From Paludibacterium purpuratum (GTDB lineage Bacteria > Pseudomonadota > Gammaproteobacteria > Burkholderiales > Chromobacteriaceae), in assembly GCF_004363805.1 (NCBI RefSeq), contig NZ_SNZP01000001.1, positions 356,690-420,689 of the forward strand: a DNA stretch of 64,000 bases, in the 5' to 3' direction. The notes below the pieces were generated by a model that was not told the DNA's origin, made no database searches, and worked only from the letters and a program-made list of their open reading frames with translations. Position numbers and translations under genes: made by a program. The stretch's first letter is position 1, and every line of letters begins with the position of its first letter. Positions 1 to 10,786 of this stretch are shown here, piece by piece.

Positions 1-1
1 A

Positions 2-1012
2 AACGCGCTGATGTTCATCGACGAGTCGCACGTGACGATTCCGCAGGTCGGCGGCATGTATCGCGGCGACCGGGCGCGCAAGGTCAATCTGGTCGATTAC
101 GGCTTCCGCTTGCCCTCGGCGGTGGATAACCGGCCGCTGACCTTCGAAGAGTTCGAGCGCTTGATGCCGCAGGCTGTCTTCGTGTCCGCCACGCCTTCCG
201 AGTACGAGGCAACGCATGCCGGCCAAGTGGTCGAGCAGGTGGTGCGCCCGACCGGCCTGGTCGACCCGGAAGTGATTATCCGTCCGGTGACCACGCAGGT
301 GGACGATCTGCTGTCCGAGATTCGCGCCCGCGTGGACAGCAATCAACGCGTGCTGGTGACCACGCTGACCAAGCGTATGGCGGAGCAGTTGGCCGACTAT
401 TACACCGAGCACGGCATCAAGGTACGGTACTTGCACTCGGACATCGACACCGTGGAACGGGTGGAAATCATTCGCGATCTGCGTCTTGGTATGTTCGACG
501 TGCTCATCGGTATTAACCTGCTGCGCGAAGGGTTGGATATTCCCGAGGTGTCGCTGGTGGCGATCCTGGATGCCGACAAGGAAGGCTTCCTGCGTTCGGA
601 GCGTTCGCTGATCCAGACCATCGGCCGCGCGGCGCGGCACTTGCACGGCCAGGCGATTTTGTATGCCGATCGTATGACCAATTCGATGCAGCGCGCGATC
701 GACGAAACCGAGCGCCGGCGTCATAAGCAGCTCGGCTTCAATGAGGCGCATGGCATCGTACCGACAGGCGTGAAGAAGGAAATCAAGGATCTGATCGATG
801 GCGTCTATCATGCCGGCGGCGAGGCGGAAAATCGCAAGCGTGCACTCGATCGCCGCGTGGCGCGCATGGACGAGAAGGAACTGTCGCGCGAGATCAAGCG
901 CCTGGAGAAGGAGATGATGACCGCGGCGCGCGATCTGGACTTCGAGCGCGCGGCGCAGTTGCGCGACGAATTGAAGGCGCTCAAAGAGGCCGCCTTCATC
1001 AATGGCGAGTGA
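2..1012 (+). CDS. uvrB: Excinuclease ABC subunit B, C-terminal part (5'-partial; runs off the window start)
   Basis: Translation matches the UvrB helicase domain 2 and the C-terminal UvrB/UvrC interaction coiled coil (…[16 protein letters not shown]). The ORF is open to the window edge. Confidence 0.9.
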   Translation, partial: NALMFIDESHVTIPQVGGMYRGDRARKVNLVDYGFRLPSAVDNRPLTFEEFERLMPQAVFVSATPSEYEATHAGQVVEQVVRPTGLVDPEVIIRPVTTQVDDLLSEIRARVDSNQRVLVTTLTKRMAEQLADYYTEHGIKVRYLHSDIDTVERVEIIRDLRLGMFDVLIGINLLREGLDIPEVSLVAILDADKEGFLRSERSLIQTIGRAARHLHGQAILYADRMTNSMQRAIDETERRRHKQLGFNEAHGIVPTGVKKEIKDLIDGVYHAGGEAENRKRALDRRVARMDEKELSREIKRLEKEMMTAARDLDFERAAQLRDELKALKEAAFINGE

Positions 1013-1022
1013 GGAGAAGCGA

Positions 1023-1511
1023 ATGATCGATGCTAAGCGCGGCTTCGCGGTATTGTTTGTTTGCCACGGCAATATCTGTCGCTCGCCGACGGCGGAGGGG
1101 GTGATGAAGAGCCGGGCTGCTCGGGCCGGCTTGAGCGAGGTGCTACGGGTCGACTCGGCGGGTACGAGCGGTTGCCATACCGGCGAGGCGCCGGACCGCC
1201 GCTCGCAACGCACGGCCGGTCAGCGCGGTTACGATCTGTCGGCGCAGATCGCCCGGCAGGTCACTGCGGACGATTTCGAGCGTTTCGATTTGATTCTGGC
1301 GGCCGACCGGCACAATCTGGCCGATCTGCGCGCGCGTTGCCCGGCACCGCTGCAGCACAAGTTGGCGTTGATGTTGGATGTGCTGCCGGCGGGGAGCGAG
1401 CGCGAGGTGCCGGATCCCTACTACGGCGGGCCGACTGGCTTCGATCATGTACTCGATCTGCTCGAAGCGGCGTGCGATGGCTGGATCGAAAAGATCGTCG
1501 ACAGGCCCTAA
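1023..1511 (+). CDS. Low-molecular-weight protein tyrosine phosphatase
   Basis: N-terminal P-loop VLFVCHGNICRSP (CX5R) and a DPYY motif. GAGGAG Shine-Dalgarno 6 nt upstream of the ATG at 1023. The longer ORF from 1002 overlaps the uvrB stop, so the 1023 start is preferred. Confidence 0.8.
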   Translation: MIDAKRGFAVLFVCHGNICRSPTAEGVMKSRAARAGLSEVLRVDSAGTSGCHTGEAPDRRSQRTAGQRGYDLSAQIARQVTADDFERFDLILAADRHNLADLRARCPAPLQHKLALMLDVLPAGSEREVPDPYYGGPTGFDHVLDLLEAACDGWIEKIVDRP

Positions 1512-1610
1512 CCCATGCGATTTGTTTGTGTGTAATAGATAGTGGTGCGCGGTCGCAACTGCTAAGCTAAAGCCAATCGATCCAACAAAAAATAAAGGGG
1601 TGAGCAATTC

Positions 1611-2294
1611 ATGGAGCGTGCGCGTTCTGATCAGCCTCTGCATGTTGTGCCTAGCCTCAGTGCCGATGTCATTTTGCCGCTCACGCCGGGGCGCCAGCCG
1701 CTGGCGCGGCAGACGGTGATCGTCATCGGTTCTTCGACCGGCGGTACCGAGGCGCTGCGTGTACTTCTCACGGCCTTGCCCAAGGAAATGCCGCCCATCT
1801 TGATCACCCAGCATATGCCCGAGATGTTTACCCACTCCTTCGCCGAGCGGCTCAACAGTCTGTGCAAACTGGAGGTCAAGGAGGCGCGAAGCGACGAGCG
1901 TTTGCACGAGGGGACGGTCTATATCGCGCCGGGGCATTCGCATTTGATGGTCAAGTCGGCGCCGACCATCGGCTATGCCACCGCCTTGTCGAACGGCGAG
2001 CCGGTCAATCGCCACCGTCCGTCGGTGGATGTGTTGTTCCGCTCGGCCGCCAACGTGGCCGGCCGCAACTGCATCGGCGTGATCTTGACCGGCATGGGGC
2101 GCGATGGCGCCAACGGGATGCTGGAGCTTCGGCAGTCCGGCTCGTACAATATCGCCCAGGATGAGGCTAGCTGCGTGGTGTTTGGCATGCCCAAGGAGGC
2201 CATCGCCAACGGATCGACCCACGAGGTGCTGCCGCTTAACGCCATTGCCAGTCGATTGGTGGTGCTGGCCAAACAACGACAACCGACTAACTGA
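1611..2294 (+). CDS. Stand-alone CheB-type protein-glutamate methylesterase catalytic domain protein (no receiver domain)
   Basis: GSSTGG active-site serine motif plus the conserved His and Asp regions (HMPEMFT, GMGRDG) of the CheB methylesterase. About 227 aa with no N-terminal REC domain. AAAGGGGTG ribosome-binding site. Confidence 0.75.
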   Translation: MERARSDQPLHVVPSLSADVILPLTPGRQPLARQTVIVIGSSTGGTEALRVLLTALPKEMPPILITQHMPEMFTHSFAERLNSLCKLEVKEARSDERLHEGTVYIAPGHSHLMVKSAPTIGYATALSNGEPVNRHRPSVDVLFRSAANVAGRNCIGVILTGMGRDGANGMLELRQSGSYNIAQDEASCVVFGMPKEAIANGSTHEVLPLNAIASRLVVLAKQRQPTN

Positions 2295-2305
2295 TTTTCT
2301 ATCCG

Positions 2306-3658
2306 ATGAATTTTCTCCCTGTTCTGGTGGTCGAGGACGATGCCGACCTGCGCGAGGCCATTGTCGATACGCTGAGCTTGGCCGGGTATCAGACGCTGGA
2401 GGCCCACGATGGCACCAGCGCGCTGGCGCGCCTGCAAGAGGCGCCGGTCGGTCTGATCATTTCCGACGCGCAGATGGCGCCGATGGACGGTTACACCTTG
2501 TTCGCGGAGGTCAAACAGCGCCACCCGGGCCTGCCTTTCATTCTGATGACCGCCTATGGTGTGATCGAGCGTGCTATCGATCTGTTGCGCGCCGGCGCGA
2601 CCCACTATCTGCTCAAACCGTTCGAGCCGCAGGATTTGATCTCCGAAGTGGAAAAGCACTTGCTGCGCATGCCGGAAGAGGATCGTGGCGAGGTGGTGGC
2701 GGAGTCCGCGGCGATGCGGCAATTGTTCTCGCTGGCAAGCCGCGTGGCGCAGAGCGACGCCACCGTGCTGCTGTCCGGTCCGAGCGGTAGCGGCAAGGAA
2801 GTGTTGGCGCGCTATATCCACCGTCACTCCAAACGGCGCGAAGGCCCTTTCGTGGCGGTCAACTGCGCCGCCATTCCCGATACCTTGTTGGAGTCGACGT
2901 TATTCGGCCACGAGAAGGGCGCGTTTACCGGTGCGAGTCACGCCATGCCGGGCAAGTTCGAACAGGCGCAGGGCGGCACGTTGCTGCTGGACGAAGTCAC
3001 CGAAATGCCGCTGGCGCTGCAGGCCAAGTTGCTGCGGGTGTTGCAGGAGCGCGAATTGGAGCGGGTGGGCGGCTCCAGAACCATTCGGTTGGACATTCGT
3101 ATCGTGGCAACCACCAACCGCGATATCCAGAGCTTCGTCGACGATGGCCGCTTCCGCGAAGACCTGTATTTCCGTCTGAATGTGTTCCCGCTGAAGATCC
3201 CCGCGCTGGCCGATCGGCGCGATGATATTCTGCCCCTGGCACGGCGTATGCTTAAAAGGTATGCACAGGCGGCGGAAAGAACGAATTTGACGCTGTCTGT
3301 CGAGGCGGAACGTCAATTGACGGCCTATGAGTGGGAGGGTAACATCCGCGAACTGGAAAATGTGATGCAGCGGGCGGTGATTCTTGCCGCCGGACCGGCA
3401 ATTCTTGCCGCCGATCTAATGCTGGATCCGCACTCCGGGCTTGCGGAACAGGTTGCCCCACGCGCCGAACTCGCGAACGACGAGGCTGATGCCGATATGC
3501 GTTCGTTGGAAAAGCGCCATATTTTGGAAACCCTGGCGGCCGTGGGCGGGGTAAAAAAGCTGGCAGCCGAGAAACTCGGCATCAGCGAACGCACCCTGCG
3601 CTACAAGCTGCAGCGCTATCGCGAAGAAGATGGCGGTGCGGCAATGCCACCACCGTAA
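2306..3658 (+). CDS. fleR: Sigma-54-dependent response regulator (REC-AAA+-HTH), FleR/FlrC-like flagellar regulator
   Basis: N-terminal receiver domain with a phospho-acceptor Asp. AAA+ domain with Walker A GPSGSGKE and the GAFTGA sigma54-contact motif. C-terminal Fis-type HTH. Lies immediately upstream of fliE. Confidence 0.8.
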   Translation: MNFLPVLVVEDDADLREAIVDTLSLAGYQTLEAHDGTSALARLQEAPVGLIISDAQMAPMDGYTLFAEVKQRHPGLPFILMTAYGVIERAIDLLRAGATHYLLKPFEPQDLISEVEKHLLRMPEEDRGEVVAESAAMRQLFSLASRVAQSDATVLLSGPSGSGKEVLARYIHRHSKRREGPFVAVNCAAIPDTLLESTLFGHEKGAFTGASHAMPGKFEQAQGGTLLLDEVTEMPLALQAKLLRVLQERELERVGGSRTIRLDIRIVATTNRDIQSFVDDGRFREDLYFRLNVFPLKIPALADRRDDILPLARRMLKRYAQAAERTNLTLSVEAERQLTAYEWEGNIRELENVMQRAVILAAGPAILAADLMLDPHSGLAEQVAPRAELANDEADADMRSLEKRHILETLAAVGGVKKLAAEKLGISERTLRYKLQRYREEDGGAAMPPP

Positions 3659-3670
3659 CAAGTTTGGGAG

Positions 3671-4000
3671 TTGACCATGTCGACGCAAGGAATCGATCAG
3701 CTGCTGAGTGAGCTCAGATCGGCTTCCGCCCTGGCCGCGGGCAAGCCGGCCGCTTCGCAGCAGCAAGAGACGCCTCAGGTTGATTTTGCCGATGTGCTGA
3801 AGTCCACCATCGATCAGGTGAATTCCGCACAGCAGACGTCGCAGGAAATGCAAAAGCAGTTCGAGTTGGGGGACGAGAGCGTCAATCTGCAAGATGTTAT
3901 GGTATCTTTGCAGAAAGCCAGCTTGTCGTTCCAGACCATGGTCCAGGCGCGCAATAAGCTGGTCTCCGCCTATCAGGACATTATGAATACCCAGGTCTAG
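3671..4000 (+). CDS. fliE: Flagellar hook-basal body complex protein FliE
   Basis: 109 aa; conserved FliE C-terminus (…MVQARNKLVSAYQDIMNTQV). Position before fliF. Confidence 0.9.
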   Translation: MTMSTQGIDQLLSELRSASALAAGKPAASQQQETPQVDFADVLKSTIDQVNSAQQTSQEMQKQFELGDESVNLQDVMVSLQKASLSFQTMVQARNKLVSAYQDIMNTQV

Positions 4001-4054
4001 CGCTGTCCTGTCCGCTTGCCGGCAGCGGTTAGAACCGAAAGCTAAAACCACTGT

Positions 4055-5803
4055 ATGGCAGATCTGGCAGAAAACGAAAATACACCCGCGTGGCGTGTCC
4101 GCCTGAATGAAGCGCTCGAGCGCTTCAAGGCGCTGCCGCCCAACAAGAAGTTTCTCTTCTACGGCGCCATCGCGGCGCTGTTCGCTGTCGTCATCGGTTT
4201 CGCGTTGGTCAACCGCGAGCCGGCCTACAAGATCCTGTTCGCCAATTTGGCCGATCGCGATGGTGGCCAGGTCACCGCGGCCCTGCAGCAGATGAACGTT
4301 CCCTATCAGCTCGGTGCCGGCGGTGTCATCTCCGTGCCGTCCGATCAGGTGTACGACATCCGCCTCAAGCTGGCGGCGCAAGGTTTGCCGAAGGCCAGCG
4401 GCGTCGGTTTCGAACTGATGGACAACCAGAAATTCGGCATCAGCCAGTTCGCCGAGCAGGTCAACTATCAGCGCTCGATCGAGGGCGAGCTTGCGCGGAC
4501 CATCGAATCCGTCGACGCGGTGCAAAGCGCCCGCGTGCATATCGCCACACCTAAGCAGAGTGTGTTCGTGCGCGAGCAAGAACCGACGACCGCGTCGGTG
4601 ATGCTCAGCCTCTACCCGGGTCGCGTGCTCGACGCGGGACAAGTCGCCGGCATGTTGCACCTGGTGTCGAGCGCCGTGCCGGGGCTCGCGGTCAAGAACG
4701 TGACCATCGTCGACCAGGACGGCAATCTGCTGTCGCAATCGCCGGATCTGGACGCCTCGGGCAATGGGCTCGATTCGCGGCAGTTGAAGTATGTGCGTTC
4801 GGTCGAGGACGATTACGCCAAGCGGATCGAGGCGATCCTGGAACCGATCTTCGGTAAGGGCAACGCACATGCCCAGGTCAGTGCCTCGCTCGATTTCTCC
4901 GAAGTCGAACAGACCTCGGAAACCTATCGCCCCAACTCCAGTCCGAATCCGTCGTCGACCCGCAGTCAGCAGATCGTCGAGAAACTGAACAATTCGAGCA
5001 CCCAGCCGACCGGTGTGCCGGGCTCGCTGTCGAACCAGCCGCCGTCCGCGGCCTCCGCGCCGATCACGCTGCCGCCGGGCGCGTTGCCCGGTACGCAGAC
5101 GCTGTCCGGGCAGTCGTTAGGGCAGAACGGCGCGGTCGAGCGCGACATCACCACCAATTACGAAGTGGACAAGACCATTTCGCACACCACCCTGCCCAAG
5201 GGCATTCTCAAGCGGCTGACCGCCGCGGTGGTGGTCAACTACCGCAATCTGCCCGACCGTAACGGCGACTTGAAGCCCACGCCGTTGACCGCGCAGGAGA
5301 TGCTACAGGTCAACAATCTGGTGCACGAGGCCATCGGCTTCAACCAGTCGCGCGGCGACAGCGTCAACGTGGTCAATGCGGCCTTCGCCGATGCGCTAGC
5401 GCCGGTGACGTTGAAGGATCGTGCCTTTACTTTCGTCAGCGACAACGGCACCGCCATTCTGAAGTACGCGTTGGTGGCCATTGCCGCCCTATATCTGCTG
5501 TTCGGTGTGGTGCGCCCGGTGGTGCGCGAGGTATTGCGGCCGCCGCGTCCGGCTACGCCCGAGTCCGGCGGCATCGAGCCGGGGCTCGCGGTCGAGGGCG
5601 GACGGCTGTTGGCGGTGGCAGGCGACGAGGAGTTGGTGGACGAAAACGGCAATCCGTTGTCCGAAGAGGCGCGCAACAAGGATCCGCGCTATCTGCAGCG
5701 TAAGCACTATGCTGACAATATCGAGCTGGCGCGCGAGATGGTGAAGGCCGATCCGCGCATGGCCGCTCAGATCATCAAGGAATGGATCAGCTCAGATGAG
5801 TGA
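4055..5803 (+). CDS. fliF: Flagellar M-ring protein FliF
   Basis: 582 aa with an N-terminal transmembrane segment, a periplasmic ring-forming region and a C-terminal FliG-binding tail. Synteny fliE-fliF-fliG. Confidence 0.92.
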   Translation: MADLAENENTPAWRVRLNEALERFKALPPNKKFLFYGAIAALFAVVIGFALVNREPAYKILFANLADRDGGQVTAALQQMNVPYQLGAGGVISVPSDQVYDIRLKLAAQGLPKASGVGFELMDNQKFGISQFAEQVNYQRSIEGELARTIESVDAVQSARVHIATPKQSVFVREQEPTTASVMLSLYPGRVLDAGQVAGMLHLVSSAVPGLAVKNVTIVDQDGNLLSQSPDLDASGNGLDSRQLKYVRSVEDDYAKRIEAILEPIFGKGNAHAQVSASLDFSEVEQTSETYRPNSSPNPSSTRSQQIVEKLNNSSTQPTGVPGSLSNQPPSAASAPITLPPGALPGTQTLSGQSLGQNGAVERDITTNYEVDKTISHTTLPKGILKRLTAAVVVNYRNLPDRNGDLKPTPLTAQEMLQVNNLVHEAIGFNQSRGDSVNVVNAAFADALAPVTLKDRAFTFVSDNGTAILKYALVAIAALYLLFGVVRPVVREVLRPPRPATPESGGIEPGLAVEGGRLLAVAGDEELVDENGNPLSEEARNKDPRYLQRKHYADNIELAREMVKADPRMAAQIIKEWISSDE

Positions 5804-6794
5804 TGCCGGAGTCCACCGTAGCGCCGTGCTGCTATTCAGCCTCGGTCAGGCTCATGCCGTCGAGGTGTTCAAGTATCTCGGCCCGAAGGAAGTGCAGAAG
5901 ATTTCGCTGGCCATGGCCGCGATCAATAACCTCAGTCACGAGGAGATCGACAAGGTCATCGGCCAGTTCCGCGAGGAGTGTCAGGCACGCGCCAGCATCG
6001 GCGCGTCCGACGAATACCTGCGCAACGTGCTGGTCGAGGCGTTGGGGCCGGATAAGGCGGCCAACCTGCTCGACCGCATCATGCAGGGTAACGACCACAG
6101 CGGTATCGAGAGCCTGAAGTGGATGGATCCCAGCTCCGCTGCCGATTTGATCCGCAACGAACACCCGCAGATCATCGCGACCATCCTGGTGCATCTCGAC
6201 CCCGATCTGGCGAGCTCCATCCTGGCCTATTTTCCCGAGCGTCTGCGCAACGAGGTGCTGATCCGGACCGCGACGCTCGAAGGCGTGCAGCCGCAGGCGC
6301 TACGCGAGCTCAACGATGTGCTGACCCAACTGTTGTCGGGGTCGGATCGTCTCAAGAAGAGCGCGGCCGGTGGCGTGGGCATGACCGCCGAGATCCTCAA
6401 CTTCATGGGCAACACGGTCGAGGCGTCGGCGCTCAACTACATTCGCGAATACGACCCCGAGCTGGCGCAGCGTATCCAGGACAAGATGTTCGTGTTCGAA
6501 AACCTGCTCGAAGTCGACGATCGCTCCATCCAGACCATTCTGCGCGAAGTGCAGACCGACTCGCTGGTGGTGGCACTCAAGGGTACCAGCAGCGAACTCA
6601 AGGAAAAGATTTTCCGCAACATGTCGCAGCGCGCAGCGGAAATGTTGCGCGACGATCTGGAAGCCAAGGGGCCGGTCAAGTTGTCCGAGGTCGAGGCCGA
6701 GCAGAAGGAAATCCTCAAGATCGTGCGCAAACTCGCCGACGATGGTCAGATCGTGCTAGGCAGCAAGGGTGGTGATGAAGGACTTGTCGAATAA
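5796..6794 (+). CDS. fliG: Flagellar motor switch protein FliG
   Basis: 332 aa; FliG middle and C-terminal domains. Overlaps the fliF stop. Confidence 0.92.
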   Translation: MSDAGVHRSAVLLFSLGQAHAVEVFKYLGPKEVQKISLAMAAINNLSHEEIDKVIGQFREECQARASIGASDEYLRNVLVEALGPDKAANLLDRIMQGNDHSGIESLKWMDPSSAADLIRNEHPQIIATILVHLDPDLASSILAYFPERLRNEVLIRTATLEGVQPQALRELNDVLTQLLSGSDRLKKSAAGGVGMTAEILNFMGNTVEASALNYIREYDPELAQRIQDKMFVFENLLEVDDRSIQTILREVQTDSLVVALKGTSSELKEKIFRNMSQRAAEMLRDDLEAKGPVKLSEVEAEQKEILKIVRKLADDGQIVLGSKGGDEGLVE

Positions 6795-7614
6795 GGGCAT
6801 CATCCCGGCCGACGAGCTATCCGATTGGCAGAGCTGGTCGATGGGCGAATTGCAGTCCGGGAAGCTTGGCGAGCAGAAGTCTGCGCAGCCGTTCGATGGG
6901 TTGACTGCCGCCCAAGTCGAAGCGCTGACCGCCAGTCTCGCGCCCGCTGAAACGCCTATGTCGATCGAACCCCTACCCGAGCCCGACGAGATCGAGACCG
7001 CTCCGCCAGCCCCGCAGCTGGGGTATCCCACGGCCGCCGAACTGGAGTCGATTCACCAGGAAGCTTGGCAGACGGGTCATGATGCCGGTTTTGCGGCCGG
7101 CGAAGCGGAAGGGCGCGAATGGGGACAGCGAGAAGGCCTGGCCGCCGGTTTGGCCGAGGCTCAGCAGCGCTTTACCGAAGCCTGGGCGCCACTGGAGCAG
7201 TTGGCGACGGGGTTTTCCGATGCCTTGCATGCGCTCGAAACGCAGCTGTCGGGCGACGTGCTGGCGCTCGCGGTAAAGCTTGCCGAGCGACTGGTGGCTG
7301 CGCACTTGGCCGCTGATCCCCGTGCGATCGAGCCCTTGTTGCGCCAGGCTTTGGCCGCACTGCCCGCCACGCTGGCGCAAGGGCGGCTGAGAGTCAACCC
7401 GCTCGACCTCGGCGTCGCGCGCGCATTCTTGCAGCAAGAGCGCCCGGAAACGGTTTGGCAATGGATCGAAGATGCGTCGGTGCCGCGTGGCGGCTGCCTG
7501 GTGGAAACCCCCTCGCTTAGCCAAGACCTGACACACCCTGCGCGGTTGGCCGCCATGTCGCGCGCGCTGGGTCTGGCGGAGGAAACCGACGATGACGATG
7601 TCGACAACGTTTGA
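6769..7614 (+). CDS. fliH: Flagellar assembly protein FliH
   Basis: Acidic, Ala/Glu-rich FliH-like protein between fliG and fliI. Start codon uncertain (6769 or 6775). Confidence 0.8.
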   Translation: MVMKDLSNKGIIPADELSDWQSWSMGELQSGKLGEQKSAQPFDGLTAAQVEALTASLAPAETPMSIEPLPEPDEIETAPPAPQLGYPTAAELESIHQEAWQTGHDAGFAAGEAEGREWGQREGLAAGLAEAQQRFTEAWAPLEQLATGFSDALHALETQLSGDVLALAVKLAERLVAAHLAADPRAIEPLLRQALAALPATLAQGRLRVNPLDLGVARAFLQQERPETVWQWIEDASVPRGGCLVETPSLSQDLTHPARLAAMSRALGLAEETDDDDVDNV

Positions 7615-9001
7615 TTCGCTGGGGGCGCGTCAGCGTCAGTTCTTGAGCGAGTGCGGTCGTGTCGCCGACGAGGCGGTGTTGTCGCCTGCGAGCGGTCGGC
7701 TCACACGCGTTACCGGCATGGTTATGGAGGCCGTGGGTCTCAAGTTGCCGGTCGGCAGTGCCTGCCAGGTCGAGTTGGCCGAAGGGCATCGCGTAGAGGC
7801 CGAGGTCGTCGGCTTTTCCGGCGATAAATTGTTTCTCATGCCGCTGTCCAATGTGCACGGTCTGCAGCCCGGCACGCCGATTACGCCGCTCGCGCCCAAT
7901 CATCCGCCACACTACGGCAAGACCGCCGTCGCCGCCCGGGTCAATGGCCCGGCGGGGCGCCTGGTGCCGGTCGGCGCCACTTTGCTTGGGCGCGTGCTCG
8001 ATTCGCTCGGGCGGCCGCTCGATGGGTTGGGGCCGATTCATCCCGAGGCGTTCTTCCCGCTGCACAGTCAACCCATCAACCCGCTCGGCCGTTCGCTGGT
8101 CAAAGATGTGCTCGACGTCGGTGTACGCGCCATCAATGGCCTCTTGACTGTCGGGCGTGGCCAGCGTCTTGGGCTGTTCGCCGGTTCCGGCGTCGGCAAG
8201 AGCGTGCTGCTAGGCATGATGGCGCGCTTCACCCGCGCCGATGTGGTGGTGGTCGGCCTGATCGGCGAGCGCGGCCGAGAAGTGAAGGACTTCATCGAGA
8301 ACATCCTGGGCGACGAAGGCCGCCGCCGCGCCGTGGTCGTGGCCGCACCGGCCGATATGCCGCCGTTGATGCGTCTGCATGGTGCCGCCTACGCCACCGC
8401 GCTGGCCGAATATTTCCGCGATCAGGGCCTCGACGTGCTGTTGTTGATGGACTCGGTGACGCGCTACGCCATGGCGCAGCGAGAGATCGCGCTGGCCATC
8501 GGCGAGCCGCCGGTAACCAAGGGCTATCCGCCGTCGGTGTTCGCCCGGTTGCCGCAACTGATCGAGCGTGCCGGCAATGCCGCCGAGGGCGGTGGGTCGA
8601 TCACGGCTTTCTATACCGTGTTGTCCGAGGGGGACGACCAGCAAGACCCGGTCGCCGACGCATCGCGCGCCATTCTAGACGGCCACTTCGTGTTGAGTCG
8701 CGAACTGGCCGAGTCCGGTCACTACCCGGCCATCGACATCGAACAGTCGATCAGCCGGGTGATGGTGGATGTGGTCGACCGCGAGCATACCGAGCTCGCG
8801 CGTCGCTTTAAGCAGCTGTATTCGCGCTACCAGCGCAATAAGGATCTGATCAGCGTCGGCGCTTACGTGCCGGGCTCCGATCCGTTGCTTGACGAGGCCA
8901 TCCGCCGCGAGGCCCAGATGGCGGCGTTTTTGATGCAGCCGATGCACGACTCGCACGATTTTCCCTCCACCGTCGAGCAACTGCGCAACGTGCTGCGCTG
9001 A
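7592..9001 (+). CDS. fliI: Flagellum-specific ATP synthase FliI
   Basis: Walker A GSGVGKS and F1/T3SS-ATPase homology throughout. Confidence 0.93.
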   Translation: MTMSTTFDSLGARQRQFLSECGRVADEAVLSPASGRLTRVTGMVMEAVGLKLPVGSACQVELAEGHRVEAEVVGFSGDKLFLMPLSNVHGLQPGTPITPLAPNHPPHYGKTAVAARVNGPAGRLVPVGATLLGRVLDSLGRPLDGLGPIHPEAFFPLHSQPINPLGRSLVKDVLDVGVRAINGLLTVGRGQRLGLFAGSGVGKSVLLGMMARFTRADVVVVGLIGERGREVKDFIENILGDEGRRRAVVVAAPADMPPLMRLHGAAYATALAEYFRDQGLDVLLLMDSVTRYAMAQREIALAIGEPPVTKGYPPSVFARLPQLIERAGNAAEGGGSITAFYTVLSEGDDQQDPVADASRAILDGHFVLSRELAESGHYPAIDIEQSISRVMVDVVDREHTELARRFKQLYSRYQRNKDLISVGAYVPGSDPLLDEAIRREAQMAAFLMQPMHDSHDFPSTVEQLRNVLR

Positions 9002-9018
9002 CCATCGGGTAGCCGCTC

Positions 9019-9468
9019 ATGGCGCAAAGCAAATATGCCCTGCTGTTCAATCTGTCCCAGGAAAAGGTCGAGGCCTGCGCCGAGCGTATGCGTAAGGCGC
9101 AGGCAAGCCAAGTCGCCGCCCAAGGCAAGCTGGCGCAGCTGCAGACCTTTTTGCAGGAGTATCAGCAGCGCCTGACCTCCGGCGGCATCCGTGGCATGGG
9201 CATCACCCAGTGGCAGGATTTCCAGCGCTTTTTGCGGCGTCTGGAGGAGGCGCTGGAGATTCAGCAGGGCGAAGTCGACCGCTGCATTCAGCGCTTTATG
9301 CTGGAACGCCTGGCTTGGCAGAACGAACGCAAGAAGCTCAAGGCCTACGAGAAGTTGATGGCGCGCGAGGCGCTACGCGCCCAGCGCGCCGAGGCCCGGC
9401 GCATGCAGAAGGCCACGGACGAATTCGCCACGCGTCGTTTCTGGGATCAATCGCAGCCGGAAGAGTGA
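9019..9468 (+). CDS. fliJ: Flagellar export chaperone FliJ
   Basis: 149-aa coiled-coil protein after fliI. Confidence 0.8.
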   Translation: MAQSKYALLFNLSQEKVEACAERMRKAQASQVAAQGKLAQLQTFLQEYQQRLTSGGIRGMGITQWQDFQRFLRRLEEALEIQQGEVDRCIQRFMLERLAWQNERKKLKAYEKLMAREALRAQRAEARRMQKATDEFATRRFWDQSQPEE

Positions 9469-9490
9469 TTGGCACGCTAATTGCTTTTAA

Positions 9491-10693
9491 ATGGGCAATT
9501 TTGTGGAGGTATGCTCTATGCCCATCGCCCTGTCTGTCTCGCCTGCCGCCTCGGCACTGGCTGCCAACAGTTCTTCGCCGGCCGCCGCTTTTAGCGCGCA
9601 AACGCCGCCCGCTCAAGGGAGTGGCTCGGGTAAAGACGCGACCGGCAATGCGACGCCGTCTACCGATCAGAGCGGGCAGGCGGCCCAGACCGGACAGAAC
9701 GTCCAGAGCGCCCAAAATACCCAAAACACCCAGGCCAATCAGGGGCAGCCGCAGAACGGGCAAGACGTCTTCGCCCGTATGCTCGACGCGCAGCTTGGCG
9801 CCCTCGATGGCAGCCAGGGAACGATCGCCGGTGCAAACCCTTCGTCCCAGGATGGCGATAAGTCGGCCAAGCCCGCCAAACACGGCGATACCGATGCCAG
9901 TGCCGTCCCCGTCAACCCCTTGCCCAATCCCGCCTTGCTGTTGATACAACCGCAGGTGCCGCCGACGCCGGTCCCACCGACGACGGCTGGCGATAGTGCG
10001 GCGCAAGACGCCAAGCGCACGGTGGCCGATCCGCTCAGTGCCGCTGAATCCGCCACACTGTTGGCGCAGAACGGCGCGGCCTCGATGGGCGACAAAGCCG
10101 GGCAGACGTCGGCCGATAGTCTCGGCAATCTGTTCCAGCCGCTTTCCGCCGGCAAAGACGATGCCCTGCAAAAATTGCCGCAGGATGCCGCCTCGCAGCC
10201 GACAAATTTGCCGCAATCCCTGGCGATGCAGGCGCATGCCGTGCCGCAAGATACGCCAACGACCAAGCCGACCTTCAATATTCCGCAACAGGTCGGTACG
10301 CCTGCTTGGACCAAATCGCTGGGCGATCAGGTGATGGGCATGGTGACGCTCAAGGCCGAAACCGCGCATATTCAGCTCAATCCGCCCGAGCTTGGGCCAA
10401 TCGACGTGACGCTGAAAATGGACGGACGCAACAATGCCCAGGTGACTTTCAACGCCGACTCCGCCGCTACACGGGCGGCGCTGCAAGATAGTCTGCCGCG
10501 CCTGCATTCGATGATGTCTGCCAGCGGCATCCAGCTCGGTGACGCCCAGGTCTCCGGCGGGCAATCTCAGCAACAACAACAGAACGCCCGTAATGGACGA
10601 GGCAATGGCCAAAATCAGCCGTCCGAAGGGGAGGAGTTCGATACTCTGGCCAACATCAAGGCCTCTCGCGGAGTGCTCAGTATCTTTGCTTGA
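9491..10693 (+). CDS. fliK: Flagellar hook-length control protein FliK
   Basis: Low-complexity Pro/Gln/Ala-rich N-terminal region and a conserved FliK C-terminal domain (…TLKAETAHIQLNPPELGPIDVTLK…). Start may be at the internal MPIAL. Confidence 0.8.
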   Translation: MGNFVEVCSMPIALSVSPAASALAANSSSPAAAFSAQTPPAQGSGSGKDATGNATPSTDQSGQAAQTGQNVQSAQNTQNTQANQGQPQNGQDVFARMLDAQLGALDGSQGTIAGANPSSQDGDKSAKPAKHGDTDASAVPVNPLPNPALLLIQPQVPPTPVPPTTAGDSAAQDAKRTVADPLSAAESATLLAQNGAASMGDKAGQTSADSLGNLFQPLSAGKDDALQKLPQDAASQPTNLPQSLAMQAHAVPQDTPTTKPTFNIPQQVGTPAWTKSLGDQVMGMVTLKAETAHIQLNPPELGPIDVTLKMDGRNNAQVTFNADSAATRAALQDSLPRLHSMMSASGIQLGDAQVSGGQSQQQQQNARNGRGNGQNQPSEGEEFDTLANIKASRGVLSIFA

Positions 10694-10786
10694 TCTTGAC
10701 CATTGTCCTGCACATGTTGGTTTCTGACAGATATAATAAAAAACTAGTTTAGAATCTCGGAATACCAACATACAGGCTGACAGGCA

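Noticed and set aside
1143-2282. 379-aa ORF on the minus strand across the PTP/CheB-domain genes
   Set aside because: Antisense to two well-supported genes, Arg/Gly/His-rich low-complexity translation, no recognisable domain. Typical high-GC spurious ORF.
3416-4870. 484-aa minus-strand ORF overlapping fleR, fliE and fliF
   Set aside because: Antisense to conserved flagellar genes. Composition-biased, no homology.
10694-10786. Searched for sigma54 (GG-N10-GC) and sigma28 (TAAAG-N15-GCCGATAA) promoters upstream of fliL and fliE, and for a Pho box upstream of the phn operons
   Set aside because: Only partial matches (for example GCCGATAA at 60422-60429 lacks a -35 TAAAG). Not convincing enough to annotate without a scoring matrix.
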